DNA from: a virus
Taxonomy: Duplodnaviria; Heunggongvirae; Uroviricota; Caudoviricetes
Strand: one strand, 5' to 3'
Virus record (IMG/VR): IMGVR_UViG_2534681704_000008
DNA length: 47,550 nt
Under the pieces are notes generated by a model. That model did not search any database and had not been told where the DNA came from. It worked only from the letters and a program-made list of their open reading frames with translations. Of the stretch, positions 1-10,438 are shown in pieces; within the stretch, counting starts at the first letter, position 1; each line of letters starts with the position of its first letter. Position numbers and translations under genes: made by a program.

Positions 1-669
1 ATGTGTGGACGCTTTGCCCAATCCCAAACGCGTGAAGATTACCTTGCGCTTCTCGCGGAAGATATTGAACGCGATATTCCCTATGATCCCGAACCCATTG
101 GCAGATACAACGTCGCGCCGGGAACCAAAGTTCTTCTGCTCAGTGAACGTGATGAACACCTTCATCTGGATCCGGTTTTCTGGGGATATGCTCCCGGATG
201 GTGGGATAAACCGCCGCTGATTAACGCCCGCGTAGAAACTGCGGCCACCAGTCGTATGTTTAAACCGCTCTGGCAACATGGTCGGGCAATCTGTTTTGCC
301 GATGGCTGGTTTGAGTGGAAAAAAGAAGGCGACAAAAAACAGCCTTATTTTATCTATCGTGCTGACGGACAACCTGTTTTTATGGCCGCGATAGGTAGCA
401 CACCGTTTGAGCGCGGTGACGAAGCCGAAGGATTTTTAATTGTCACTGCAGCAGCAGACCAGGGTCTGGTAGATATTCATGACCGCCGCCCGCTGGTACT
501 GTCGCCAGAAGCTGCGCGGGAATGGATGCGGCAAGAGATTGGCGGTAAAGAAGCATCAGAAATTGCTACCAACGGCTGTGTGCCAGCAAACCAGTTCACC
601 TGGCACCCGGTATCGCGCGCGGTAGGTAATGTCAAAAACCAGGGCGCGGAGTTAATTCAACCTGTTTGA
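1..669 (+). CDS. yedK: SOS response-associated peptidase YedK (SRAP/HMCES family)
   Basis: Complete 222-aa ORF starting MCGRF (Cys2 nucleophile after Met removal); length and sequence match E. coli YedK as recalled. Confidence 0.85.
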   Translation: MCGRFAQSQTREDYLALLAEDIERDIPYDPEPIGRYNVAPGTKVLLLSERDEHLHLDPVFWGYAPGWWDKPPLINARVETAATSRMFKPLWQHGRAICFADGWFEWKKEGDKKQPYFIYRADGQPVFMAAIGSTPFERGDEAEGFLIVTAAADQGLVDIHDRRPLVLSPEAAREWMRQEIGGKEASEIATNGCVPANQFTWHPVSRAVGNVKNQGAELIQPV

Positions 670-917
670 TAAGCCAGGAGACTATTGATCAATAATACTG
701 CGTCATAAGAAATCTCTATTAGACAAAGTAGACGCTCCTTCCACATGCGCCACAAGAAACCTCTATTCCAGTGACACAATTACGCCTGATTATTTCCCTA
801 GCCCGGAATATGAATAAAAACATCAACAAAGATTAAATTATTCAAACGTTACTGTTGCGTCTGCGGTCGTAACAACATCCGACGTGGTGATGTGTATCAA
901 ATGAGGCCTCTGATGAT

Positions 918-1051
918 CAGAGGGTTTATCGCGTATACGGATCGTGGATGGCAGAAAACTTTCAGAATCAGGTTTCCATTTTAAACCAGAAATTGAGTGA
1001 GTTTGCCCCATCCATGCCCCACGCGGTGAGATCGGATGTAATTAACAACAG
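918..1051 (+). pseudogene. Relic 3' end of a tyrosine integrase gene (about 45 C-terminal codons, no start)
   Basis: Translation ...QRVYRVYGSWMAENFQNQVSILNQKLSEFAPSMPHAVRSDVIN closely parallels the C-terminus of the intact integrase at 46255-47550 (...VYRVYGSWMAENNQDQVLILNQKLSEFAPSMPHAVGTDDY). Confidence 0.55.
984..1024. repeat. attL core: 41-bp direct repeat identical to 47488-47528
   Basis: aaccagaaattgagtgagtttgccccatccatgccccacgc occurs identically at both ends; flanks are homologous but diverged. Confidence 0.7.
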
Positions 1052-1185
1052 GTTACAAAACCTACACCTGCATGCTCATCATATGAGCATACATTTTTCA
1101 TAATCGACAAAGATCGTCCAAGAGCGCACCAAATAACAGATGGTTAGAGTCGTCGAAAACATCAGTCGTCTAAGTTCGCCTTAGA

Positions 1186-1222
1186 ACGAGTGCTGTTTTA
1201 TGCCCCATCCATGCCCCATCAC
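1186..1222. repeat. Degenerate third copy of the att core
   Basis: gagtgctgttttatgccccatccatgcccca shares a 17-bp identical block (gccccatccatgcccca, 1202-1218) with the att core; abuts the stop codon of the UmuD'-like gene. Confidence 0.45.
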
Positions 1223-1608
1223 ATCACCGGGCAGTCGTCGAACTCGCCAGAGCGAGCATCGTTGATGCTGTAGGTGATCACCCCAAACACCGGACGCGAT
1301 GTATCTGACACTTCGTCCTTCAAAGGTAACGGCTCCCTCCTTACATTTTCAGGGTTTTCCAGATAAGGCTGCGGATGCGTTCTGTAGCGCATGATCCTGA
1401 ACTCACCATCAACAGCGCAGACGAGCAGAGAACCGTCTTTCGGTGTTAGCGATGAATCGACGATGAGCATGGCGCCCTTCATGATTCCAGCGCGAAGGTA
1501 TGTCGCGCCAGCTATCATCATGTACGTGGCTGAAGGATGCGCGATAAGCCTCTTGTCGAGTGATATGCGATCTTCAACGTAGTCTGCTGCCGGGCTCGGG
1601 AATCCCAT
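1219..1608 (-). CDS. UmuD'-like protein (S24 peptidase fold, pre-truncated, catalytic dyad apparently substituted)
   Basis: 129 aa starting MGFPSPAADYVE, equivalent to UmuD' after Cys24-Gly25 autocleavage; aligns to UmuD through LIVDS/VDGEF/VFGV; GDSM replaced by GATY and VKKL by IMRY; GGAGGTG RBS; no in-frame start upstream before a stop. Confidence 0.7.
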   Translation of the reverse strand: MGFPSPAADYVEDRISLDKRLIAHPSATYMMIAGATYLRAGIMKGAMLIVDSSLTPKDGSLLVCAVDGEFRIMRYRTHPQPYLENPENVRREPLPLKDEVSDTSRPVFGVITYSINDARSGEFDDCPVM

Positions 1609-1625
1609 GATGCACCTCCGATGGT

Positions 1626-1645
1626 TACTGTATATGCATACAGTA
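1626..1645. promoter_or_regulatory. LexA (SOS) box in the divergent promoter region
   Basis: tactgtatatgcatacagta: perfect CTGT-N8-ACAG palindrome, 18-37 nt upstream of the UmuD'-like start codon. Confidence 0.75.
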
Positions 1646-1721
1646 TTACTGATCGGCGGTATCGATCAATAGCGTTTGTGGTGCTACACTTCAGACCTTT
1701 CCGAATTCACTGATTTCTATA

Positions 1722-2084
1722 ATGTTAAAGTTATTCGCCAAGTACACATCAATAGGCATCATCAACACGCTCATCCATTGGGTTGTGTTCGCCATATGCA
1801 TCTACGCATTCCATACTGGTCAGGCGCTTGGCAATTTTGCCGGTTTTGTTGTCGCTGTATCATTCAGCTTCTTCGCAAATGCCAGATTCACCTTTAAGTC
1901 ATCAACCACGACCCTGCGTTACATGTTGTATGTCGGATTTATGGGCACGCTAAGCGCTGCGATTGGCTGGATTGCTGATAAGTCAGGCATGGCGCCTGTA
2001 GTCACGTTAATCGTGTTCTCCGCAATCAGTCTGGTTTGCGGTTTCATTTATTCAAAATTCATTGTCTTTAGGGATGCGAAATGA
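1722..2084 (+). CDS. gtrA: GtrA bactoprenol-glucose flippase
   Basis: 120 aa, [23 protein letters not shown], four predicted TM helices; overlaps gtrB start. Confidence 0.85.
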   Translation: MLKLFAKYTSIGIINTLIHWVVFAICIYAFHTGQALGNFAGFVVAVSFSFFANARFTFKSSTTTLRYMLYVGFMGTLSAAIGWIADKSGMAPVVTLIVFSAISLVCGFIYSKFIVFRDAK

Positions 2085-2998
2085 AAATTTCTCTGGTCGT
2101 TCCTGTCTTCAACGAAGAAGACGCGATACCTATTTTTTATAAAACTGTTCGGGAATTTGAAGGACTTCAGCAACATGAAGTTGAGATAGTCTTCATAAAT
2201 GACGGAAGCAAAGACGCGACAGAATCAATCATAAACACGCTGGCTATTGCCGATCCGCTTATTGTTCCTCTGTCTTTCACGCGCAACTTTGGCAAGGAAT
2301 CAGCACTCTTTGCCGGCCTTGACCATGCAACTGGTGAAGCGGTTATCCCTATTGACGTTGACTTGCAAGATCCCATAGAAGTCATCCCGCACCTGATTGA
2401 GAAGTGGCAGCAGGGTTCGGATATGGTTCTGGCTAAGCGCTCTGACCGCTCAACTGATAGCCGACTGAAGCGTAAGTCAGCTGAGTGGTTTTATAAGCTT
2501 CACAACAAAATAAGCAACCCGAAAATTGAAGAGAACGTAGGCGATTTCCGGCTTATGTCTCGCGAAGTTGTTGAAAACATCAAGCTCATGCCAGAACGTA
2601 ATCTATTCATGAAAGGTATCTTGAGCTGGGTTGGCGGCAGAGCAGACGTTGTTGAATACGCTCGCGCAGAACGCGTTGCGGGAAATACAAAATTCAACGG
2701 GTGGAAACTGTGGAACCTTGCCCTTGAGGGTATAACTAGCTTCTCAACATTCCCTCTGCGCGTATGGACGTACATAGGGCTTATCGTTGCTGGCATAGCG
2801 TTTATCTACGGCGCATGGATGATCATCGATACGCTGGCATTTGGTAATGCTGTGCGCGGATATCCATCTCTACTTGTCTCCATCCTGTTCCTTGGGGGAG
2901 TGCAACTTATTGGGATTGGCGTTCTTGGTGAATATATTGGAAGAATATATATCGAGTCTAAAAAGCGACCTAAATACATTCTAAGGAAGATGAAATGA
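2081..2998 (+). CDS. gtrB: GtrB bactoprenol glucosyltransferase (GT2)
   Basis: 305 aa; N-terminal GT2 signature ([11 protein letters not shown]...DGSKD...DVDLQDP) and C-terminal TM helices. Confidence 0.9.
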   Translation: MKISLVVPVFNEEDAIPIFYKTVREFEGLQQHEVEIVFINDGSKDATESIINTLAIADPLIVPLSFTRNFGKESALFAGLDHATGEAVIPIDVDLQDPIEVIPHLIEKWQQGSDMVLAKRSDRSTDSRLKRKSAEWFYKLHNKISNPKIEENVGDFRLMSREVVENIKLMPERNLFMKGILSWVGGRADVVEYARAERVAGNTKFNGWKLWNLALEGITSFSTFPLRVWTYIGLIVAGIAFIYGAWMIIDTLAFGNAVRGYPSLLVSILFLGGVQLIGIGVLGEYIGRIYIESKKRPKYILRKMK

Positions 2999-4557
2999 GT
3001 TCGCGTGTTGGATTAATATCAATCTTTATTGTGTTTTTATTGGTGTTAATAATTCAATTGTTAACACCATTTCACTCTGATGATTTCGGTTTTTATCTGA
3101 AAGGGTACTCATTCGAGACCCTGCATCATGTTTACATGACGTGGAGCGGAAGGCTGTTCTCCGATTTTACTGGAAGCCTTGTAATGTCCATCAAGGACAA
3201 AACAATAATTTCATTTATAAATGCATGTGCTTTTACATCGTTAATTGTCGTTTTAACAAAGCTACCGCTTGAAAACAAAAACAACTGGCCTGTTTTTATT
3301 CTGTTGTTCATGCTTTATTGGATCGACAACCCAAGTTTGAGCCAGACAAGCTTCTGGGTAGTAGGCTCTGCTAACTATCTATGGACTAATCTCTTAGCCT
3401 ATTCATGGTTATATCTTTACTTCAGGTATGGTTCAACTTCAGATGTAAAAATGAAAGCTTTGTTATTGCTAATGGCTTTCATAACAGGCATGACAACAGA
3501 GAATCTAAGCACTTCAATATTCGGTGTTTTGTTCCTCTACAATGCCTTAAATTTCTATATAGAACGAAAAATAAACTGGTTATCTGTTTCTCAAATGCTG
3601 TTGCTGCTTGCAGGTGTTGGGGTATTACTACTTGCTCCAGGTAACTTTGTGAGGTCATCATCTTGTTGTTTTGATTTTTATTCCCAGCCTCTGATTACAA
3701 GGATAACAAATCATTTCCCCGGTAAGTTCATATCAGAAATGATGGAGTACAAGCATGTTATTGTTCTAACTGTCATTTCAATTGGTTATGGGCTATATAA
3801 AAAGAAAGATATGACGTTACCATTACTTTTTGTAATTGGTGCAATAGCTTCAAACGCCATGCTGTTCGCCTCACCAACAAATACAGGTAGAGTGTTAAAC
3901 ACGGGGTTGGTAATGATGTTGGCATCTCTTTCCTTTGCTTTGAGTTCAATATCTGAATTCAAGGCAAGTAAATTTCTAATTTATGTTGCATCTATTTTAT
4001 CTTTGGTTCTTTTTGCTCAGTCGTATGCTAACAATTACCAAAGCATAAAGAGTGTGTTTGCTCAGGATCAGATCAGAACGCAGATGATAAAAGACGGGTA
4101 TGATGCCATTCCATACTTTTATCAAGGAAGCATAGAGAAAGAATCAGATAAGCTTGACATATTTTTTAATTCAAGCGCTATTTCTAAATTTTATGGAGCA
4201 ACAAAGGATGTTGGCTTAATCGATCTTCCTTTTGATTATTCTTTGATGACGCAACAAAAGACAAATATTAATGATAGCTATTTCATTAACTTCAGGAAGC
4301 TTGACGACGTATTCCTTTTTGAAGTATCAAACCCTGATGTTAAATTTGAAAACTATATTTTGTTTTTCAGATTAACAATGGATGATGGTAGCGTTGAGAA
4401 TCATGATTTCATACCTGTTCTACGTAATTATAAAGGACATTTGTATTTGAACTCATGGAAAGTTGATACAAAAGGTAAAGAAATAAAGTTATTCGAGATT
4501 GGATTCTACGATCCGGCACTTAAGAAAAATGTAAGGTCTGTCAGCGTCCCTATGTAA
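2995..4557 (+). CDS. gtrC: GtrC-type serotype-specific O-antigen glucosyltransferase (polytopic membrane protein)
   Basis: 520 aa, many TM segments, low GC, immediately downstream of and overlapping gtrAB. Confidence 0.65.
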   Translation: MSSRVGLISIFIVFLLVLIIQLLTPFHSDDFGFYLKGYSFETLHHVYMTWSGRLFSDFTGSLVMSIKDKTIISFINACAFTSLIVVLTKLPLENKNNWPVFILLFMLYWIDNPSLSQTSFWVVGSANYLWTNLLAYSWLYLYFRYGSTSDVKMKALLLLMAFITGMTTENLSTSIFGVLFLYNALNFYIERKINWLSVSQMLLLLAGVGVLLLAPGNFVRSSSCCFDFYSQPLITRITNHFPGKFISEMMEYKHVIVLTVISIGYGLYKKKDMTLPLLFVIGAIASNAMLFASPTNTGRVLNTGLVMMLASLSFALSSISEFKASKFLIYVASILSLVLFAQSYANNYQSIKSVFAQDQIRTQMIKDGYDAIPYFYQGSIEKESDKLDIFFNSSAISKFYGATKDVGLIDLPFDYSLMTQQKTNINDSYFINFRKLDDVFLFEVSNPDVKFENYILFFRLTMDDGSVENHDFIPVLRNYKGHLYLNSWKVDTKGKEIKLFEIGFYDPALKKNVRSVSVPM

Positions 4558-4565
4558 AAAAATAG

Positions 4566-4601
4566 CAGTGAGACAATTTCTTAACTGTTATTGTCTCACT
4601 G
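4566..4601. terminator. Bidirectional intrinsic terminator between gtrC and the tailspike gene
   Basis: Inverted repeat cagtgagacaat/attgtctcactg flanked by an A-run and a T-run. Confidence 0.6.
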
Positions 4602-4607
4602 TTTATA

Positions 4608-6551
4608 TTATGCACCTTTAATCATAATCCACTTCCCGCCAGATGAATCTGAAACAGTAAATACTGCTGAAGATAGAGCTGGTAAAGGGTAAGGGGTGTT
4701 TATCCCTAAACCTAATATTTGTTGACCTAACGTAGGATAAATGTTTATAGAATTAGCGGAAACATTTGCTATCTGTACACTATAACCAGTGCCAACATCA
4801 GTAGTCGATGGTAGTTTCGCTCCAGTTCCAGGGCCACTAGCATTAACAGTAACACACCCTGCTGTTACACCATATCCTGCCGCGCCAGATTGACCGCCTC
4901 CAGTTCCAGTGATTGATGCTACAGGTAAATTGCTTGCCTTAACTACTTTGCGAACAACCTGTGAATAACCACCTGAAATGGTGATGTCAATATCATCAGT
5001 ACTATGAGGAGTTCCATCAAATGCGGTTGGGGTGGTAGCGACTGAGTATCCTCTAACCCTGACGCTGTTATAACCTGCGCTATCTCCAAAATAAACTGCA
5101 TTCTGATCTTGTCCATTTGCGATAACATCTATTACCGCCCCTGAGACTCCACCAAACCCTCCACCAAATGTAATTCCTGTGGACAATGGAAGCCCAATAC
5201 CCTTGTACTCTTCACCGATGTAACATGAGATTCGTGGATTTGAACCCAGCAAAACTATATTAGAGCCAGCCCACGGATAATAAACCTTGCAAGACTCACT
5301 CAAAGTAAAGTTGTTTGCCTCTACGAATACGTTTGTATCAGCACCTTCGAAATGTGAGGTATTAAATTCATTCCCTTCGGCTGGCCTGCTTACTTTTAGC
5401 GCATATTTAGATCGTAAGTCGCTCGCACTGGTCCAGCAGTGTATTCCTGACCATCGTGCATTTCCTTTCTCTATCCAGAGACCTGAGTAAGTACTCGCAG
5501 TCTTCTGCCCTGAGCTGATGATAATAACATCATTAACCACACTATCGTGCGGCCCTGCAAATCTCCAGCCATCCTCCCCACTTTTATCGATAACAATTTT
5601 ACTGAATGAGCCTTCCATGCCACCATCAGCATTGCCTGAATCAGCCCATTCTGTTCTTAATCCGTTCTTGCCTGCGTTGATGATATTGACCTTATCGATT
5701 CTGGTTCTTGGACCATAAATAGCTATAGCAGAACCATTCGGGCTATTTGCTTTATCTGCATCAATGGAGAGGTTTTCAACAATAATTCCATCTTCACCAA
5801 GTAAAGAGTTAGTACCCCAGAGAGAATTTGAGTTAGCGCCATAGAGTAATGCGTTCACTGAACCAGCTAACAGCTTGAGTTTAGTTCTCTCCTGCCCCTG
5901 TCCTCTGATTGTTGTTTTTGAATAAAGCGTAAGCGGGCCGGTTAATGTTGTGCCAGCAGGAACTATGCACGGTTTTCCCGTTAATTTATTTTCTTCTATT
6001 GCTGCCTGAAAGTTAACAGTATCTACTGTTACACCATCACATATACAGCCCCAGCCGCGAATATCTCCCTCATCTCTCCAGCGCGCAATCTGAAGCTCAG
6101 GGTATTTTACCGCACCATCAGGATCTGATATTTGTCTACGAAGAACATCACTGACATCAACAGGCTGCCATTTCCCATCACCAGTCCCGCCAGCAGAAGA
6201 TGGGGTAGAACCTGGCGGGACACTTTTTGGTAATGTCTCCAGGTCATCCCATCGGTACCAAATATCCGTACTCTCATCCTGGAGAAGGTCTCCAGCTGAC
6301 GTCACAGTGCCGCCATCCTGGAAAGATCCCCTCAGGTTCCATCCAAGGTTGTATATCTGCTGAAGCACTAACTGCTTCAGGCCTTCAATTGTATAGTGTG
6401 CTTTGCCAAAGCGATCAATGTATTGCTGAGAAATTGTGGTGACAAACTCGTCAATTTTCGCACCACCGAATACATGATCGCGAATATCAGGGCTTGGTAC
6501 AGGGTTTTGCGTCGGAGTTGGTACCGGGATGTTTGCGTATGAATCGGCCAT
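4608..6551 (-). CDS. Tailspike / side tail fiber with beta-helix (pectate-lyase-like) domain
   Basis: 647 aa; Gly/Ser/Thr/Asn-rich beta-helix-type composition; last gene of the tail module, next to gtr. Confidence 0.65.
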   Translation of the reverse strand: MADSYANIPVPTPTQNPVPSPDIRDHVFGGAKIDEFVTTISQQYIDRFGKAHYTIEGLKQLVLQQIYNLGWNLRGSFQDGGTVTSAGDLLQDESTDIWYRWDDLETLPKSVPPGSTPSSAGGTGDGKWQPVDVSDVLRRQISDPDGAVKYPELQIARWRDEGDIRGWGCICDGVTVDTVNFQAAIEENKLTGKPCIVPAGTTLTGPLTLYSKTTIRGQGQERTKLKLLAGSVNALLYGANSNSLWGTNSLLGEDGIIVENLSIDADKANSPNGSAIAIYGPRTRIDKVNIINAGKNGLRTEWADSGNADGGMEGSFSKIVIDKSGEDGWRFAGPHDSVVNDVIIISSGQKTASTYSGLWIEKGNARWSGIHCWTSASDLRSKYALKVSRPAEGNEFNTSHFEGADTNVFVEANNFTLSESCKVYYPWAGSNIVLLGSNPRISCYIGEEYKGIGLPLSTGITFGGGFGGVSGAVIDVIANGQDQNAVYFGDSAGYNSVRVRGYSVATTPTAFDGTPHSTDDIDITISGGYSQVVRKVVKASNLPVASITGTGGGQSGAAGYGVTAGCVTVNASGPGTGAKLPSTTDVGTGYSVQIANVSANSINIYPTLGQQILGLGINTPYPLPALSSAVFTVSDSSGGKWIMIKGA

Positions 6552-6615
6552 TTTTATCTCTTATAGACGTGAAGACGCCTCGGGATATACCCGAAGCCGG
6601 TTGTTAATATGCTGG

Positions 6616-9123
6616 TTAGTCGTTCAGGTAGATGTCGTCGGTGTATTCAACGAGAGAAAGCGTCTGGGTGTCATCACCATTTGGTTTCGACGACTCTACG
6701 CGCCAGAGTGTGGAATTGAGTTCTTCACTGCTGGACATGAAATACCGCGATGGTGTTTGTACAGTCCTGCCATCGTAGATATTCAGGTCGAATGCTTCAG
6801 CTGCAGCTGTGAATGCTTTTTGATTGCCATTGACTGCATAAGCCCGGTAGCGCCCATGGAAGTTACCGAGACTGTCAGTCATAACGACCCACATATCGCC
6901 GGAAAACTCCAGCCGTTCAGAGGTGGAAAAAACATCTCCGGAGCGTCCAGTCAGATATCCTGTCTGTTGCGCGTTGTCGTACATATCCGGGCACTGAACC
7001 ACCGCGCCACGTACAACCTGTGTCGTTTCGAAAACTTTTACCGTCATGCTCATGCGTGACTGAACCAGCCTGTTGGCTTCCAGCCATGCTCTATTGCGCG
7101 CCTGCGTGACGTTCCTGCACCCTGACAGACTAACTGTCATTGCATTTTCGGTCTGAGTAGCTACCTCGCTAATTCCGGAGCTACTAACCTGCAGGTAGAT
7201 ATATGCCTTCTTATTCGTGCGTGGATCGACATAATCCAGAGTGATGCCGTCATATCCGTTTGGCAGGCTCATGGAATAGCCAATTTTGAACCCATCCCAG
7301 AACATGTTGCTGCGTCCAAAAACAGCGGCCGGCACGTCCACCTTTTCGTCACGCCAGAACGTCAGCATGTCGCCGATCCAGTTGATGTCTACGCGAGCCG
7401 CGTTACAGATGACCTGAATACGCTCACCGAGAGACTGTTTCGAGTCTGAGAAGGTGTAATCGAAGAAACTTAGCTGCGGATTTGAAATGCTGTCAGCGAT
7501 GGCATATAGCGTTGGAAGGTCCAGGCGATTAACGTCCTGTTTAGCGACAACAACCCACTCATGCAGAACAGCATCAGCAAACGAACGCGAGGACCGCAGC
7601 GTGTAGTCAACTGCACCAGTAGTTCGGTTGTATGAGATGACCTGGCGCTGGGCAAGAAGGTTGTATTTCCTGTCTTTGCTTCCTGAAGCGAACTCAGTTT
7701 CCTGCACGGTCAGCTTAACCAGAGTGTCATCAGGATAGACGACATTCGTCCTGACGTTTATCGCGTGAGCAGCCAGGACATACAGTGCTGAACTGGAGTT
7801 TGAGTTATTGTCACGCTTCAACGTGAATGCATAACGAGCCTTGCCAGCTGCTGGCGCGACTTTAAACGTGTAGTAGACATAATCCTGACTGCTGCTGGTA
7901 TTACTGATAATTACCCGCATTGTCTCCTGCGTACCCGGCACGATGTTGTTGTCGTCATCGACTTTCCACCAGGTGATGATAACCGGGTTGTTTTTACCCC
8001 CTCCGATGTTCCCGGACAGATGGAACCAGAGGTAAGTTGATTCAACAGCAGAGAAGAACGGGCCGACGATAGTCCCTTCATATTCTGTAATCTGGAAGTA
8101 TGTCGTGTTAATAGTGGCGTTTGCTGGCGTCTCGGTGATGTCATTTCCACCCAGATCGCTAAAGACAAACGTATACCACTGAACAGGGTTTATAACCGCG
8201 CCATCATTGGTCAGAGTGGCACTGATAAGTTGTCCAGTAACGGTAATATTTTTCGTAACCGAACCTGATGCAGTGGCGTAGGTGACGTTGATTACGAATG
8301 TTACTGACAGAGGCTTCACTGCATCGAAGAAATAATCGAATGCGGAGTTTTTGACGATTTTTACTGAAATCTGCCCACCGGCATACGTGCCCTGGACGAT
8401 ACTGTTTGTCGTGGCCTGCTGTTTGATGGCGCCGGTATCCTCATTCAGCCCGGGAAGTTCTTGCCCGTCGACATCATCAAACGCATATCCCTCGTTAATC
8501 GTGCCTATCAGCTGCCCAGGTTGGTAAATCTGATAACTGGCCCCTGCCATCGCGGTGAATGACGATTCTGAATATCTGACAGACGAGATGTCATAGCGTC
8601 CATACCCTACTTCCATGAATTCAGTGACGAATTTCTTGTTATTGATGTACTCGAAAAGTGATTCCTGGATCAGGTCTGGGTAAGAGCGCACTTGCCCGTA
8701 AATATTAGGGCGCCCCTTGTATAGTCTGGCAACGTTTGTTTGCCCGGTTAAATCGTTGTTTGGAGACTCGCCAGTTGCGACTGATGGGGTTTTCTTGATA
8801 TCTCCTACAAGTGTCTTCTGCAGCGCTGCCATGGCCTTCTTGGTCAGCTTAATAGGGTTGAGTGCTTCCCACGGTGCAGAAAGCTTAATCAGGTCTTTAA
8901 TGCCACCCATATTCTGAGGCTGGTCAAACACTGACAGGTGATCATCAACCATGAATCGGTAACCGATATCAAAATCGTCACCTAACTCCTTGCCATTGAG
9001 CTTCACGATTACCGAATTATGCAGCTTCTGACCATTCAGCCAGTCAACCATACGCTGACCAGGCTCAATTCGTCCGCGTTGTTTTGGCGCGCCTGGTAGA
9101 CGCTGGATTTCAAATGTCGCCAT
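6616..9123 (-). CDS. Tail tip / host-specificity protein (lambda J-like)
   Basis: 835 aa from MATFEIQ (ATG at 9123; the ORF-track start at 9192 is GTG); position after NlpC/P60 and minor tail genes. Confidence 0.55.
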   Translation of the reverse strand: MATFEIQRLPGAPKQRGRIEPGQRMVDWLNGQKLHNSVIVKLNGKELGDDFDIGYRFMVDDHLSVFDQPQNMGGIKDLIKLSAPWEALNPIKLTKKAMAALQKTLVGDIKKTPSVATGESPNNDLTGQTNVARLYKGRPNIYGQVRSYPDLIQESLFEYINNKKFVTEFMEVGYGRYDISSVRYSESSFTAMAGASYQIYQPGQLIGTINEGYAFDDVDGQELPGLNEDTGAIKQQATTNSIVQGTYAGGQISVKIVKNSAFDYFFDAVKPLSVTFVINVTYATASGSVTKNITVTGQLISATLTNDGAVINPVQWYTFVFSDLGGNDITETPANATINTTYFQITEYEGTIVGPFFSAVESTYLWFHLSGNIGGGKNNPVIITWWKVDDDNNIVPGTQETMRVIISNTSSSQDYVYYTFKVAPAAGKARYAFTLKRDNNSNSSSALYVLAAHAINVRTNVVYPDDTLVKLTVQETEFASGSKDRKYNLLAQRQVISYNRTTGAVDYTLRSSRSFADAVLHEWVVVAKQDVNRLDLPTLYAIADSISNPQLSFFDYTFSDSKQSLGERIQVICNAARVDINWIGDMLTFWRDEKVDVPAAVFGRSNMFWDGFKIGYSMSLPNGYDGITLDYVDPRTNKKAYIYLQVSSSGISEVATQTENAMTVSLSGCRNVTQARNRAWLEANRLVQSRMSMTVKVFETTQVVRGAVVQCPDMYDNAQQTGYLTGRSGDVFSTSERLEFSGDMWVVMTDSLGNFHGRYRAYAVNGNQKAFTAAAEAFDLNIYDGRTVQTPSRYFMSSSEELNSTLWRVESSKPNGDDTQTLSLVEYTDDIYLND

Positions 9124-9502
9124 ACTGCAGGAACTCCGTTTTCGTGAATGCTCTTTCAAGTACAGGAAGCGGGTCAATCCGAACGCCCTCACCTTCCCCG
9201 CGGGAATGCAGACAGCGATTACTCCCGATCACGATACCAACATGATCTGGCCGCTCTCCTCGATAGAAGACAGCAATGTGCCCCTCCTTACGAGATCCAG
9301 CCCTCCAGAAAATTCGATCGCCTTCGTAGCATGTGATGAAATCTTCACCGGCCTCGTAATCCGGCGTCTGATGTATTTCGATTCCTGATACATGGCGAAA
9401 GTAAAGAACGACTAATCCCCAGCAGTCCACTGCATCAAAACTACACGCGCGATCAGCCCACGGAAGTGAATTAACCTTCCGGATAAATTCAAATTTATTC
9501 AT
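9110..9502 (-). CDS. NlpC/P60-family tail protein (lambda K-like)
   Basis: 130 aa; Cys in DCWGLV and His in GHIAVF typical of NlpC/P60. Confidence 0.6.
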   Translation of the reverse strand: MNKFEFIRKVNSLPWADRACSFDAVDCWGLVVLYFRHVSGIEIHQTPDYEAGEDFITCYEGDRIFWRAGSRKEGHIAVFYRGERPDHVGIVIGSNRCLHSRGEGEGVRIDPLPVLERAFTKTEFLQYGDI

Positions 9503-9972
9503 CAGATATTACTCAGACCGGGATACAGTTCGACGGTATAGATAATGCTTGTGGCCACGGTAAGAGGGTTTGTCATCCCCACCGTGACAGAAACGTTTTC
9601 AGCGGCGGCTGCCACATCACGTACATACATTGAATACGTCTTAAGGGGTACGGTGTCGCCTATGTTTTCCCAGATGTCGTAGCGGAAAAGGATCGGCTCC
9701 ATGCGGGCTGGGCCGCGCCACAGTTTCAATCGCTGCTTTATGTCCTGAGATAGCGAAGCGAAAGTAATCGTTGCATTGAGCGTGGTTGTTCCATCCTGTG
9801 CAGGTTCAGAGAAATCGAACCTGGTTGGCTGGTATACCTGACCGTTAAATGTGGCGGGTTCGAACAGGTTATTTACCAGCCTGTCAGTACCGAATGCAGA
9901 ATGTGAAAAGACAACAGTCTGCTTAAGATCTGACGCCGGCCTGCGCTCTTTCCATTCACGGAGTGTTGGCAT
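9502..9972 (-). CDS. Minor tail protein (lambda L-like position)
   Basis: 156 aa; tiled with neighbours by overlapping stop/start. Confidence 0.45.
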   Translation of the reverse strand: MPTLREWKERRPASDLKQTVVFSHSAFGTDRLVNNLFEPATFNGQVYQPTRFDFSEPAQDGTTTLNATITFASLSQDIKQRLKLWRGPARMEPILFRYDIWENIGDTVPLKTYSMYVRDVAAAAENVSVTVGMTNPLTVATSIIYTVELYPGLSNI

Positions 9973-10438
9973 CTGGAAGGATCTCCGTAACGATTAAGTC
10001 ATACCAGTAACCCGCGCCTGGCTGGGCTCCAACAATCCAGTCGTCGTAGTCTTCAGTAATATCATTCATGAAATTACAGATGATGTCCGCCGTCCAGGTG
10101 ACAGTGTTTCCATTCTTGCTGGTCTGCACCGGCATGGTGATGAAGTGAACCTCCTGTACCTGCACGCCCTGGGTATCGCCCAAATCAACAGGAATGTCGA
10201 ACCATACCTGGCCACGATTACAATATGTTGGCGACCGGAGCCATGACTTGAAACGCTCGGCTTCAGCAAGGGTGAAAATCCAGTTAAGATTCCAGGTCGT
10301 TTTCAGGTCAGTGGTTATCGGGGTGAACACCGCAGGACCAACTGCAGGATTGCTTTGCCTGAAGCTGGTATCCTGTGTCATGTTCATGTTTGCACGCTGA
10401 GGAAGCGGCAGGAATGGCGGGTATTTTACATCTGCCAT
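9956..10438 (-). CDS. Minor tail protein (lambda M-like position)
   Basis: 160 aa, immediately downstream of the tape measure gene. Confidence 0.45.
   Translation of the reverse strand: MADVKYPPFLPLPQRANMNMTQDTSFRQSNPAVGPAVFTPITTDLKTTWNLNWIFTLAEAERFKSWLRSPTYCNRGQVWFDIPVDLGDTQGVQVQEVHFITMPVQTSKNGNTVTWTADIICNFMNDITEDYDDWIVGAQPGAGYWYDLIVTEILPDANTP

Noticed and set aside
1055-1100. Palindrome atgctcatcatatgagcat as a possible second LexA box
   Set aside because: It does not fit the CTGT-N8-ACAG consensus; the genuine SOS box is at 1626-1645.
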